Below are positions 25,001-38,210 of a DNA stretch of 64,000 nt, piece by piece. Source of the stretch: Hypanus sabinus. Lineage: Eukaryota. The stretch spans positions 20,832,001 to 20,896,000 of the forward strand of contig NC_082722.1 in assembly GCF_030144855.1 (NCBI RefSeq), written 5' to 3'. Each line of letters opens with the position of its first letter. The stretch's first letter is position 1. Below the pieces are notes generated by a model. The model ran no database searches and was not told the DNA's origin. It worked only from the letters and a program-made list of their open reading frames with translations. Both the position numbers and the translations under genes were made by a program.

Positions 25001-25832
25001 TGTTACGTAAACCGTAACTGGGTGTCAGACCAGCAGAGATAGAAGTATCCGTTGGAGTCTGCTGGTTCGAAACTAAAGGTGTTTATTAATAAAAATAATC
25101 AAAACTATATCAATAATGCAAATATACATGTAAAACAAGTTAGCAGTGATAAACATAAAAGGATAGGAATCATAATAATCAATAATAAACAAGCTCTATT
25201 GATGTCTAGGGGTAAATGAATTGTCATAGAAAAGTATAAAGTTCAGTTCAGTTCATGCATGCTGAAGTAGTTATGGTTGTTGTATTGTAATCGTTGGAGA
25301 GAGAGAGAGAGAGAGAATTCTTCTGTGGTGCACTCGTCACTCTGGCACGAGTGGACACGCACACAAGCCCCCACCGGCCCTGCTTTTACACTGATAGCCT
25401 TACTGACCGACCTCCTGGTTCGGTCTTCGAAGCCCCCACCTTTCTTGTGGGGTCCAACACTCAATCAGTGTCCACTGGCGTGTCTGAAGGGTGTCTCGCC
25501 AGACCTGACTTTTATCCCTACTATCGGGGTCTCAGCTATCCATCAATCCTTAATGACTGTGCCCATCAAATAAGGCCACTCCTTCAGCCCAATGAGGAAT
25601 GTTATTGAGCAAACTATTGTCCTTGCAGCGAAACAGTAAATAATTCAAAAAAAGGAGTCACAATAGTTAATCAAAAATTTCCTACTCTCTCTTATCTGTC
25701 CCAGATGTTCTTGCCTGTTTTCCGTCTCTCTTTCTCAATGTCAGCATAGCAACAGTAATAGTTCGTGGTTCTCAGTGGGGATGGTTAACTCTGGACCACT
25801 TTGTCCATCAGGTCTGTTCATCACTCATAACA
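25001..25832 (-). repeat. 3' LTR
   Basis: TG...CA termini; direct repeat of 29253-30188; followed by CCCCCATCCTTCT (PPT on minus strand, 25833-25845). Confidence 0.9.
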
Positions 25833-27347
25833 CCCCCATCCTTCTGGGAACTTTCACCGGGGGAAAATTCACTCATAAAGCACACTGCTGAATTACAGAG
25901 TTTAACAAAATACAGAGGTTGGCTTAACTACAAGAATAATACAGATACACATTCAAATTAACATCTAGAATACAGTCAGCAATAACATTATCAATTCCCT
26001 TTACATGTTGTATTTTAATATCGAATTCCTGTAACTGCAGACTCCAACTTAATAACCGATTATTTTTATTTTTCATGTTACTAAAGGGGTTGTGTTTTTA
26101 GCTCATGTGTATATTACAAAGTGTGAACAAATACATGTGTGATTATAGTATAGTACATTACAAAAGTTTGTGCATACACTAATCTCAATTTTACATTTAA
26201 ACTTATCATTCAAACAGTCAATCTTTCATGGTGTTTTTTAATCTTTCACATGATATATCAAATTCCCTCAAAACCAGATCCTGTTATTCAAAGTGGCATT
26301 TAGTCAACCTTTGTCCCCTTCACTTAACTCTCACGTGGTTAGCTTTCTCACCAGCGTGGAATAGGCCTTCACAGACACCTATCACAGGAGCTATCTTATC
26401 ACCAATGTTTTCCAAACTAAGCCCATTTGCTGAACTTCCACACAATTCGTTGATTTTAAGCAAGTAATGAATTTTAGCTTCAGGATCTTTCATTCTATTT
26501 GATTTCAATTTGTACAGCGGCAGATGATCCCTCTTGGTCAAAACAACATTTCAAATTCTGCCTCTCCAAATCACATACTTGAATAACAGCAGCAAGTTGT
26601 TCATCTTTAAATTTCCAAACAAACTGAATTGATTCATAGGCACCTGGTTAACACCCCATTGTTTAAGTAAAGGTCCCTTCAAGTTTGTCAATACTTCTAA
26701 AACCAATCCAGACTTTAAATTTTCTTTATTCAGTTTCGGAACAACACCTTTCCCTTCTCCTTCAATAATATTCATATCACCAGCTTTCATTTCATCATTA
26801 ACTTTTAACACACCTTCTAACACAAACAACTGAGAATTCTCACTTTCCACTGGTACCAAGTCTAACCCTTTCGTCACTGAACCAAGTCCATCTGACCCAA
26901 AAGGACTGCATTCCTTTTCAACTAAATCAGATACCTCAGACTATTCCTGAGTTTCAATACTAGGTTCAGTATCCTGTGCATCCATACCCTTCACACCCTG
27001 AACACACGCAAACGGGACATCTACCTCTTCCAGGCTTTCAATACCAGTCCCCTTTTCAAATTGTAAGTTCCCCGATCCTCCCAGTTACTCTCTGGGCAAC
27101 TCCCCTTCGGAGTAAACTCAACCCTGCGGGTTCAAACAACCTGGTCTGCTAACCCAGCAGACTTCCTCAAGGTAGAGGCATCCTTTTCACCTAGGACAAC
27201 CCTGACATCATTATCGGGAACACATTTAAATTGTTCATCTGCAAACTGCTCTGTCAAGTCAGACAGATCATCCGTGTCCAACCCTGGACCTTCTAACTGT
27301 CATATCCGTTTCTTTATAAATTCCCTCCTGGCTAAGGGTAGATCTAC

Positions 27348-29076
27348 CTACTCTCCTTTATTCTCTTTCGCTCCACTATCCTTTTCCTTCTCATCCGGTA
27401 ACCCCTTTTCATACAAGGTCGGCAGAAATGGCTCCACTAAATTTACACTGGACTCATTTAAACTGGCTCCTTTCTCATCCGCCTTTCTAGACATACTGCG
27501 AGTTATTGCGCATGCGGGATAAATCTTAGTCTCGATGGGCGGGTCCTCAGCACTCAGAGGCTTGCTTGTCAGTTTCACTGTCGAGTACATGTCACCACCG
27601 GCCAGATCATTACCAAGTAGGACGCCCAAGCCGTCCATCGGTAGTTTCGACCGCACCCCTATTTCGAATGGTCCAGATACCAGGTCACATTTCAAAAATA
27701 TCCTGTGCAAAGGTACGGCCTCGATCCCTTTTCCGATACCTCTTAACACAGCTCCCCAGTCTGGGTCTCAGAACCAAAATCTAATACCTTCCTTAAAATG
27801 AATGACTGACCAGCCCCAGTATCTCTCCAGATCCGCACAGGAACTGGGGTTTCGTCTTCCTTCACAGACACCGTCCCTTCCGAGATAAACTTCTTACGCG
27901 CCTCTTGTGTTCTGTCTACCTTAGCCTTCCTCCTCGATCTGCTGACCGACTCAATGCAACCTGTAGGGATTGCTGTTTTCCCTTTACCTGTCTCCTTCTT
28001 AGGAGCAAAACACTTAGGTGCTATATGACCAGCTTTTCCACAATTATAACAGGTAAAGCTAGGAAACTTCCTGCCAACCTGCTTTTCCTCCTCCTCAATT
28101 TTTCCACCAGCTCTCGGCTTATTCCCTGCCTTAGCTGGTGGACCTTCTCTACCGTCCCTACTGCCTCTCTGGTAAAACGTATTTGAGGAAAACTTTGACT
28201 TGTTGATTAAAGCATACACGTCTGCTAACTTGGCAGTCGCACACAGACTCTTTGTCTCCTCATCCAAGTACGTCTTCATACTCTCAGTGATACAACTTTT
28301 AAGTTGCTCCATCAGTATTAAATGTAACAGTTTATCATAATCTTAATCAACCCCTTTTGAGGCGCACCAACGCTCACAATATATTTGAATCTCACAGGCA
28401 AACTTTAAATACGTGTGGTTCCACGGCTTTCTCAAGTTCCGGAACTTCTGCCGGTATGCCTTTGGCACCAAATCGTAACTCTTCAGTATAGCCCTATATA
28501 CTTCCTCATGATCCTTTGACTCATCCATAGACAATGCCGAATACGCTGGCTGAGCCTTCCCTCTAAGTACGCTCTGTAACAGAACAGCCCATTTTCTCAA
28601 AACGGAGGAAGAATTTATCGACATCCATCACCTCGAAGGGAGGTACCAACTGGATCTCCTGACCAATCTTCTCTATTACCAGTGCATGCTGCCTCTCTTT
28701 CTCCCTTTCCTCCATCTGCCTTTCAGGCTCCTCTTTCATCCTTTCAGCTTCCGTTCTTCCTCCTCTCTCCTCCTTTTAGCTTCCTCCCTTCGCCTCTCAG
28801 AATCCTCTCTTCGCCCTGCAGCTTCTCTCTCTCTGCTTCTAGTTGCCTTATCCAAAGTTCATGCTGCCTCTTCTTCTCCTTCTCAACCAACCTTAATTTT
28901 TCTATCTCTAATTGAACCTCCCCCTCTGCTGGTTTCCTCTCAGGGAACAGGTCCAACACATTTGGTGTCAACGCACACTTGGATAGATAATGCATAGCTA
29001 TTTCTCTCTGTATATCCAGCTTTCTCATCGACGATTTCACGTCTGGGATATCAAATCGTTTCACAACATTCACCAA
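27348..29076 (-). pseudogene. gag (SCAN-like region, CCHC knuckle) and aspartic protease remnant
   Basis: LLQSVLRGKAQ...YRQKFR, CYNCGKAGHIAPKC, RDTGAGQS, LLGNDLAGG; stops and frameshifts. Confidence 0.85.
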
Positions 29077-29230
29077 TTAAGCTTTCCTGGCAACCTCTAG
29101 TGCTCCCGCAGTCGGGTCTTAAAAACTTGACAATGTCCATCTCTGCTGAATTCCCGTCTGATTAATCTCACAACCAGATCAGATAAGGGACTCTTATCCC
29201 GATTCACTGGCCCCCTAATTTGGTAATCAA

Positions 29231-29249
29231 ATCTCGAGACGAGGCCCCA
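29231..29249 (-). other. Primer binding site, tRNA-Pro-like
   Basis: TGGGGCCTCGTCTCGAGAT 3 nt from the LTR, resembling the tRNA-Pro PBS TGGGGGCTCGTCCGGGAT. Confidence 0.7.
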
Positions 29250-29252
29250 GTT

Positions 29253-29543
29253 CGTTATGTACCCCGTAACTGGGTGTCAGACCGGCAGAGATAGAAGTAT
29301 CCGTTGGGCCAAACTAAAGATGTTTATTAATAAAAATAAGCCAAACCATATCAATAATGCAAATATACATATAAACAACTTTGCAGTAATAAACTTAACA
29401 GTGTAGGGTAATAATAATCAATAACCAACGAGCTCTATCGATGTCTAGGGGTAAATGAATTGTCATCGGAAAGTATAAATTTCAGTTCAGTTCATGAGTG
29501 CTGATGTGGTTATGGTTGTTGCATTGTAATTGTCGGAGAGAGT

Positions 29544-29577
<34 letters not shown>

Positions 29578-30188
29578 GATGTAACAGCTACAGCAGCCAA
29601 ACCTTCCTTTGCTTTTTACATTCGGTTGCACCGTTGTTATGGTGGTCATTCAGCTATGACCTCTCCGCCCTTCTGCTAGCCGGTTCTTCTGTGGTGGACG
29701 CATTACTCTGGCATGAGTGGACACGCACACAAGCCCACACCGGCCCTGCTTTTACACTGATAGTCTTACTGACCGAACTCCTTGTTCGGTCTTCGAAGCC
29801 CCCGCCTTTGCTGTGGGTTCCAACACTTAATCAGTGTCCACTGGCGTGTCTGGAGGGTGTCTCTCCAGACCTGTCTTTTTATCCCTACTAACGGTGTCTC
29901 AGCTATTCATCGATTCTGAATGACTGTGTCCAGCAGATCAGGCCACTCCTTCAGTCCACTGAGGAATGTTATGGAGCAAACTATTGTCCTTGCTGCAAAA
30001 AAAGGAGTCACAATATTGTTAGTCACCAATTTTCCCCTCTCTCCTATCTGTCGCAGGTGGTCTTGCTTGTTTTTCGTTTCTATTTCTCATTGTCAGCATA
30101 GCAACAGTAATAGTTCGTGGTTCTCGGGGGGGGGGGATGGTTTACTCTGTACCCCATTGTCCATCAGGTCTGTTCATCACTCATAACA
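29253..30188 (-). repeat. 5' LTR
   Basis: Direct repeat of 25001-25832 with about 100 bp extra; (GA)n tract inside. Confidence 0.9.
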
Positions 30189-30329
30189 ACAGGCACATGG
30201 ATGAAAGAAAGATGGAGAGTTATCGTATAGTGTGGGTTTAGTACTTTTTTAAGGATTATATGGGTCGGCACAACATGGAGGGCTGAAGGGCCTGTACTGT
30301 GCTGTAGTATTCTATGGTTCTATGTGGTA

Positions 30330-31130
30330 CCTTATCAAATGTCTTGCTGAAATCCTTATACAATACTTCTACTGCCCTTCCTTCATCAAAGTGTTTAGTC
30401 CCATCCTCAAAAAATTCAACCAGTCTCGTAAGGCACGACCTGCCCTTGACAAAGCAATGCTGACTACTCTTAATCACATTATACATCTCCAAATGTTCAT
30501 AAATCCAACTTCTCAGGATCAGGTCCATCAACTTCCCCAGTAAAGTTATTGATCCATTGCTTTTACTAACTTCCACCCACAGAGACTCCGCAGACTATCC
30601 CTTTATGGCGTCCACCTTTTCTGCAGCTGTGACACAATCTCTGATCAACAGTGCCACGCCCCAACTATTTTCCCTCCCTCCTTGTACTTACTGAAACTTC
30701 TAAAAACGGCACTTGAATTAACCAGTCCTGACTGTAGGCACTCTAAGTCTCTGTCATGGCCACCACATCATATCTCCAAGTACTGATCCACGCTCTAAGC
30801 TTATCCGCTTTATTCACAACACTCCTTGCATTACAATAGACACATCCCAAGCGTTCGGTCTGAGCACGTCTGTTCTCGACCATCTGCCTATCCTCCCACT
30901 TGCACTGTCTGCAAGATTTCACTATTTGTGAGCTAACCGCCTCCTCCCCAGACTCTTCAGTTCGGTTCTCATTTTTGTTCCCATTTTTGTTCGCACTTTC
31001 AACACTAAAAGCAGTCGAAGGCATTTGTTGGCCGAAGGCACTTCGAGCCTGACGGTAGGCTCAAGGAAGGAGTAAAAGATACTTCGAAATTCAATATTTT
31101 CTCTCCTGAACCTAACTACGTTCAAATCAA
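30330..31130 (-). mobile_element. CR1 ORF2 fragments (APE start and RT N-terminus)
   Basis: CNARSVVNKADKL...VAMTET; SQHCFVKGRSCLT; DFSKTFDKVPH. Confidence 0.8.
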
Positions 31131-34100
31131 ACTAACAATATTTTTGACCTATTTCCAGTCATAGCTCGTGTTGCGGAAGTTTACTTGGATTTTCAGCTTT
31201 TCGTCCTCTTTAAAACATGTACATATGCGGACGTTGTAAGTTCCTGTTTCAGACTAAATTCAGATGCAATTTTGATACTGAGAAGGTGCAAAGAGGCCGA
31301 GGGGAACGTGTTAATCTCGTAACTTTAGACCTGTGAAAGTCAATCATATTGTTCATGATCCTGCGGCTGCAGAGGCGCCCGAGTCTGAAAGAAGCTGGTC
31401 ACATGTGTATCTGTCTCTCATTGATTATCAGCGACAGGCTGTAACCGCAATGTAAACTTTCTATTTCTGATTTTCCATTCGGGCTATAAACTTGCGCTAC
31501 GGTCTATCTCTCACGCACAGAGCAATGCGATACTATTGTTGCTAATGATTATTTTAATTATCGCCGATGGTCAAACTGACATGCTGTTTCTGTGGGTTGT
31601 ATATTCAGCCTTTTTGAATAATTGTAAAAAAAATTCGGAAATAAACTTCGATCAAAAATCTGCCACTTCATACCTAGAAGACTGAAAGAAGGTTTTTTAC
31701 CTGGGTCTCATTTTTTTCCTGCTTTGCAGTAACTTCGGTCATTATTGGAATAACCAAAAGTCGAAGTAATGTTGCAACTTTCAAGGCATTATCTGGCTAT
31801 AAACATTTTTGTGACACTATTATAGAGTTCAGGATATTTGGATTTTCCCGGTTTCTTTCCTTTTCAATTTAAAAATTTGTTTCAGTGAAATCATCAACCA
31901 TCGTCTAACACAGACCCTGAACATAAAGCAAGGGTAATATTGCTTGTGCAAAAGGCCAAAATAGGCGATCGGGTGAAACCTGTTTATATTTCCAGACATG
32001 TAGATTCGCAAGCTTTGTAGTTAGTGAAATTTTGTAAAATATCATGGGATTTACATTGTTGTACCTGGTTAAAATGTTTGATTTCACAATGTCAAGTATT
32101 TTTTAAAAAAAAACTTACATATTTCTAGCAATATACTTACATCTACAAAATTTCCCAAATTAAGGTCCACGCTCGACATTTTTGCACAGTCACTTCGAAA
32201 TGAGGAGCCATTTGTATTCCCGCCAAATTTTGAAAGGAGATTGCGGTGGAAAGTTAAAATGTTCATTTTAAATATTTCGCAAATAAATATGTAATGCTGC
32301 CAGAAAGGCTTCTTTCGGTTTAGCAAAGTACTAAGATTCTGTAGAATTAACATGTTATTTGCTTTGCTTACTGCAGTACCTCTGCTTCTAATTCAACAAT
32401 TTTAGAAACTAAAGAAACTGCTTCATCTCACCAAATTGGTTTGATTCTTACCTCCTATCAATCATTTATGCTTGCACTTCTAAGAGGGTGGGGGTTATCC
32501 GATGAACATCTTATCATGATGCAAACTCGATTTTATTACCCAACGTAAGATCGCCTGAAGAAACAATCTGAACGTGTGTAGCAGTAGCCGTTATTCTAAT
32601 ATTGTGTTTAGTGTATTACATTCACCTTCATCTTTCGTGAATCTTATCACCTCTCATCTAAATTGTGTTTATTTCTCCAGTCTCGGTTAGATTGTGCTTT
32701 TATCTACTTCAGAAGTACTGGTTACAAAATCTACCTCAAGCTATTTACTTACATTTCCTCTGCACTCGATTCTGAAGATAACCATACGACTCAGTGCGAT
32801 GGTTCTACCTCCAGGATAGTGCCACTGAAGGGATTTCTTCATACATGAATAGGTATTGTGATTATAGCTATATCGGGTACCTTGATGACAGAATCAATTC
32901 GGAATTGACTTACTTTCCTTCTGTTCGCCAAACGAAGCAGTAACACCTACCGATCATCTAGCCTCAGGAAAATATTGCCGTCTCATTGACGTGACTATAT
33001 AATAGCGATCATTGAAAATGTTCTTTTGTTAATGTCATTTCAGGTTCACAATATTATGATAGCCATGAATTTTTCATGCAGTATGTACTCATGATGTGGG
33101 TCACAACACGCTTCTATGTTTCCTGTTTATATGGCGTTAAGTGCCAGATAATCCGATGAAAGGTGAAGCTTAGAAATAGAAACATCGTATCATTTAAATA
33201 AAACTTAATTCTGTGGTTTATTTCGGATGATCCAACACAAAGGTACGTGTGGCTTCGAAGCAGCAAACGCATTACGAATATAGCCAACGTATTCTTGAAC
33301 GTTTCTGTAGAATTCCATTGCTGAATTTATATTCTATACAGTTTTGTTTGAAGTGAAGCCGAATACAATTGTGTTCTACGACTCACTCATATCATTTAAT
33401 CGCTAAAGGAACATCGGGCTGATATTTGAAGACAGCTTAAACAGTAGAATGTTTACATGAATGTAAACTTTTCTTATTTGTCTCCACCTTCATTTTCGCA
33501 TTTAGCTAATCACTTGTTTTTGTTTTTTCTCACTCTGTTTTTCCTTTTTTGTAATTTATTTTATTGAAGTTTATCATCAAACAAACATTTCCATAAAATG
33601 TATTCCAGTCATTGTACATATGCATCATATAATCATATATATGACAAATCTCCACACAGTATTTATCTGAGGTATACACTTATACAAAAGAGTGGAAAGA
33701 AAAAGCAAGCAAAAGTAACAAAAACAGCATACAAGTAGGGCTTGATTTTTTTTTTTACGGCATATTCATTGATTCGTGTTAATAAAATAAGGTCCATGAG
33801 GCATTATGTAGTTAAACCATTTTGCACAGTATGCATCAAATTGTTCCAGCTTATAATTAACAGATGTTGTTATCTTCTTCATTTTGTAAATGCCCATTGT
33901 AATTTCCATCCATGCATTTAAAGTTGGGCTCTCCTGTGATAGCCGTTTCCTAGTAAGAGTATTTTATTAACAGGAACCAACAGTACATTCATTAAGTATT
34001 TATGTACTTTCAACCATTCTTGAGGTATCTATCCAAAATATATGGTCTTACTCTCTAAGGGTATTTCATGTTTAAAGATGTCTTGTAAGGCATTGTGTAT

Positions 34101-36109
34101 CCCCCTCCAATAGTTTTTGATAACAGGGCAGTTACAAAAAATATGATAATGATTTGCACTTTGATTTCCATTATTTCTCCAGCAAACAGGGAGTTTACTA
34201 TAATAATGGGATTTCTGAGAAGGTGTAAAAAATATCTTATCAAATTTTTCGATGCAAACTCCCTCCATTTCTGTGAACTGGTATACTTCCATTGATATCT
34301 CCATATTGTTGTCCATTCTTCCTCAGATATAATTATCCCTCCTTCCGTCTCCCATTTTGTTTTAATGCATGGTCAAATGTGTTTTAAGTTTTAACAACTC
34401 CTTATGCATGCTTGAAATGATTCTACTCCCGTTATCTGAATTATATGCTTTTCCAAAGAGCTCTATCAAGCATGTACTTGACGTGGTTACATTTTTAAGC
34501 GTCTTGTTAACACATTGTCGCATCTGTAAATACCGATAAAATTTTTTTTTTCTAATATGTGTTTCTCTTTATGCATTTCAAAACGGACCAGTGTTCCTTC
34601 TATCATTATTTTGCAAAAATCTGTTATTCCTTTAGCTGTCCAGTCCTTAAATCCAGCATCCAATTTATTTGGTGTAAAATCCGAGTCATATGGACACCAT
34701 TTAAGAATTGCAATATCTCCCTCTAGATTATATTCCTTTATAGTAGTTTACCATATTTTAAGAGTCCTGTCACCCATGGGTTATCAATAATATTCATGTA
34801 ACTTTGCAGGTTGTTATCAGCCAAAATTGCTTGTACAGGGATAGGAAGTACACGCTCCTGAATGTTTTTCCATTGAGTGTCATATGATCGGTTGCACCAA
34901 CATAGCACACCTCTCAACTGTGCTGCAAAATAATAATCTCTTAGAGAAGGTAGGCCCCATCTCCCTTTTTGCATTGCTAATTGCAAAGTTTTGAGATGAA
35001 TTCTAGGCCTTTTACCCTGCCAAATATACCTTGATAACATCTTGTTCCATTCATTGAATTGATTTTGATTAATCTCTGTTGGCAGGGTCTGAAAAAGATA
35101 TAACATCTGGGCAGTATATTCATTTTAATAGACTCAGTCCTTGAACTGAGTCTGAAATAAGGCATCAGGTTCCATCTTGCCATATCTTCCTTAATTGTTT
35201 TTATATAAGGACTGATAATTACATTCTGACAATTTTGCCGAATCTTTTGCTGTAATGATGCCCAAATATTTGAAAGACTGTGTGCCATGCCCAGAGATAT
35301 CTACTTTCAATTTCTCTTGGTGGGTTATAGTAATATGAAAGTAATTTGGTTTTATCTATGTTGATCTTGTATCCTGATCATTGACCATACTGTTCAAAGG
35401 ATTGTATCAATTTAGATAAAGAGTATGTTGGTTGCCCTAGATAGATCAAAATGTCAGCCGCATAACAAGCCAATTTATGCCCTGTCTCCTTAATAGTAAT
35501 TCACCTGATATCTTCATTTTGTCTGATGTATTGAGCTAATGGTTCCAGATATACCGCGAAGAGTAGCGGTGACCATGCACAGCCCTGTCTGGTGCCCCTT
35601 TCTAGGGTAAGACTATTTGATAAATATCCACTGATTTTAATGCTGGCTGTAGGAATGTCATATAGTGTTTGTATAGTTTTAATAATTGTGTGTTTGAAAA
35701 TAAATCTATGTAAAACTCTTTACAGAAAATTACAACTAACCGAATCAAAAACCTTTTCAGCATCCACGCTTATCACTATTGCTTCGATTTTATTTGTTTT
35801 GTATATGATCCATAATGTGAAGTGTCTTTCGTATATTGTCTTGTGTCTGGCGTTGTCGTATAAAACCTGTCTGACAGTTACGTATCAGTATGGGTAGAAA
35901 CTCCTCTAATCGTTTGGCCATGATGGAGGTAAATAATTTACAATCTACATTAGGAACGATATTAGACTAAATGACCGCATTCCATTTCATCCTTGCCTTC
36001 TTTCGGTATTGCTGAGATTATTGCTTCCTTCCAACTGGGTGGCATATGTGCCGTTTTTACAGCCCAGTTCATTGTGTGGAGTAAAACAGAAACTAACTCA
36101 TTTTAAATT

Positions 36110-38210
36110 ATTTGCACCTATCTGCCGTATTCCCATCTGATCCTGGTGACTTGCTTAATTTCAGCCTACTAATTGCAGCTTTTAATTCAACTGAGAATCT
36201 TTATGTTCCTGTTAGGTCGAAAGGGAAGCTTGAAAGTTTGAGAGCGCCATGGTTTTCAAGGGATATTGGAAACCTGGTTCAGAAAAAGAGAGAGATCTAC
36301 AATAAATATAGGAAGCATGGAGTAAACTAGGTGTTCGATGAATATAAAGAAAGTAAAAAGAATCCTAAGAAAGAAATTAGAAAAGCTCAAATAAGATACG
36401 AGGTTGCTTTGGCAAGTAAGATGAAAATGAATCCGAAAGGTTTCTACAGTTATATTAATAACAAAAGGATAGTGAGGGATAAAATTGTTCCCTTAGAGAA
36501 TAGGGAAGCTATGGAAAAGATGGCAATTAAAGAGGAGGAAGTACTGGCACTTTTAAGGGTTATAAAAGTGGATTAATCTCCTGATCCTGGCAGGATATTC
36601 CCTAGGACATTGAGGGAAGTTGTAAGTTGAGGGGGAGTCTTGATAGAAGTATTTAAATAATGAGGGGGATAGATCGTGTTGACGTGGATAGGTTTTTTTC
36701 TATTGAAAGAAGGGCAGATTCAAACAAGAGGACCTGATTTGACAGTTATAGACAATAGACAATAGGCAATAGGTGCAGAAGTAGACCATTCGGCCCCTCG
36801 AGTCTGCACCGTCATTCTGAGATCATGGCTGATCATTCACTGTCAATACCCAGTCCCTGCCTTGTCCCCATATCCCTTGATTCCCCTATCCATCAGATAT
36901 CTATCTAGCTCCTTCTTGAAAGCATCCAGAGAATTGGCCTCCACCGTCTTCCGAGGCAGTGCATTCCACACCTCCACAACTCTCAGGGAGAAGAAGTTCT
37001 TCCTCAACTCTGTTTTAAATAACTGACCTCTTATTCTCAATCCATGCCCTCTGGTACTGGACTGTCCCTACATCTGGAACATATTTCCTGCCTCAATCCT
37101 ATCAAATCCTTTAATTATTTTAAACGTTTCAATCAGATCCCCCCTCAATCTCCTCAATTCCAGTGTGTACAAGCCCAAACTCTCCAATCTCTCTGCGTAA
37201 GACAGCCCTGCCATCCCAGGAATCAACCTAGTGAATCTACACTGCACTTCCTCAATTGCCAGAATGTCCTTCCTTAAACCTGGAGACCAAAACTGTACAC
37301 AATATTCCAGGTGTGGTCTCACCAGGGCACTGTACAAATGCAAAAGGACATCCTTGCTCTTGTACTCAATTCCCCTTGTAATAAAGGCCAACATTCCATT
37401 TGCCCTCTTCACTGCCTGTTGCACTTGCTCATTCACCTTCATTGACTGATGAACTAGGACTCCTCGGTCTCTTTGCATTTCTCCCTTACCTAACTCTATA
37501 CCGTTCAGACAATACTCTGCCCTCTTTTTCCTGCTTCCGAAGTGGATAACTTCACATTTATTCACATTGAATGACATCTGCCAAGTATCTGCCCAATCAC
37601 CCAGCCTATCCAAGTCTCCCTGTACCCTCCTAACGTCATCTTCGCATGTCACACTGCCACCCAGTTTAGTATCGTCAGCAAACTTGCTGATATAGTTTTC
37701 AATGTCCTAGTCTAAATCGTTGACATAAATCGTAAAGAGCTGTGGTCCCAATACAGAGCGCTGTGGTACCCCACTAGTCACCTGCAGCAAGTCCGAGAAA
37801 CACCCATTCACTGCTACCCTTTGCTTTCTATCTGCCAACCAGTTTTCTATCCATGTTGAAACGCTGCCCCCAATGCCATGAGCTCTGATTTTACTCACCA
37901 ATCTCCTATGTGGCAGCTTATCGAATGCGTGGTGGCATCTTTGGGGACAAAAGTTTAAGGGTAACACGAGGAGGAATTTCTTTACCCAGAGAGGTAGCTG
38001 TGTGGCAAGAGTTTCCAGTAGAAGTGGTAGTGGCAGGTTCGGTATTGTAATTTAAAGTAAAATTGGATAAGTATATGGACAGGAAAGGAAAGGCGGGTTA
38101 TGGGCTGAGTGTGGGCCAGTGGGCCTAGGTGAGGGTAAGCGTCGGAATGGACTAGAAAGGCCGAAATGGCCTATTTCCGTCCTGTAATTGGTATATGGTA
38201 ATATGGTTAG
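36110..38210 (+). mobile_element. CR1 remnant split by an antisense CR1
   Basis: NPKGFYSYI; gacagtta | ggggacaaaagtttaagg rejoin as in the intact copy near 41360; ATATGG-type tail. Confidence 0.75.
36749..37930 (-). mobile_element. CR1 LINE 3' part (younger subfamily)
   Basis: 194-aa ORF with KCEVIHFG, LVRPHLEYCVQFW; (CTATTGT)n tail at 36749-36775. Confidence 0.9.

Larger units (their letters stand above)
25001..30188 (-). mobile_element. Gypsy (Gmr1-like) LTR retroelement, non-autonomous
   Basis: LTRs 25001-25832 and 29253-30188; 4-bp TSD ACAG on both flanks; PBS, PPT, gag and protease remnants; no RT/IN motifs seen. Confidence 0.92.
24610..30325 (+). mobile_element. CR1 3' fragment split by the LTR element (24610-25000 and 30189-30325)
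   Basis: ...ctggACAG | gcacatggatgaaagaaagatgg rejoins the CR1 ORF2 end; TTCTATG tail near 30310. Confidence 0.8.
1..32900. repeat. Left arm of inverted segmental duplication (interrupted by arm-specific blocks at about 7350-20950 and 23590-31400)
   Basis: Reverse-complement matches: 1-7350 to about 54550-63820; 20950-23590 to about 51830-54530; 31480-32900 to about 49750-50585. Confidence 0.9.
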
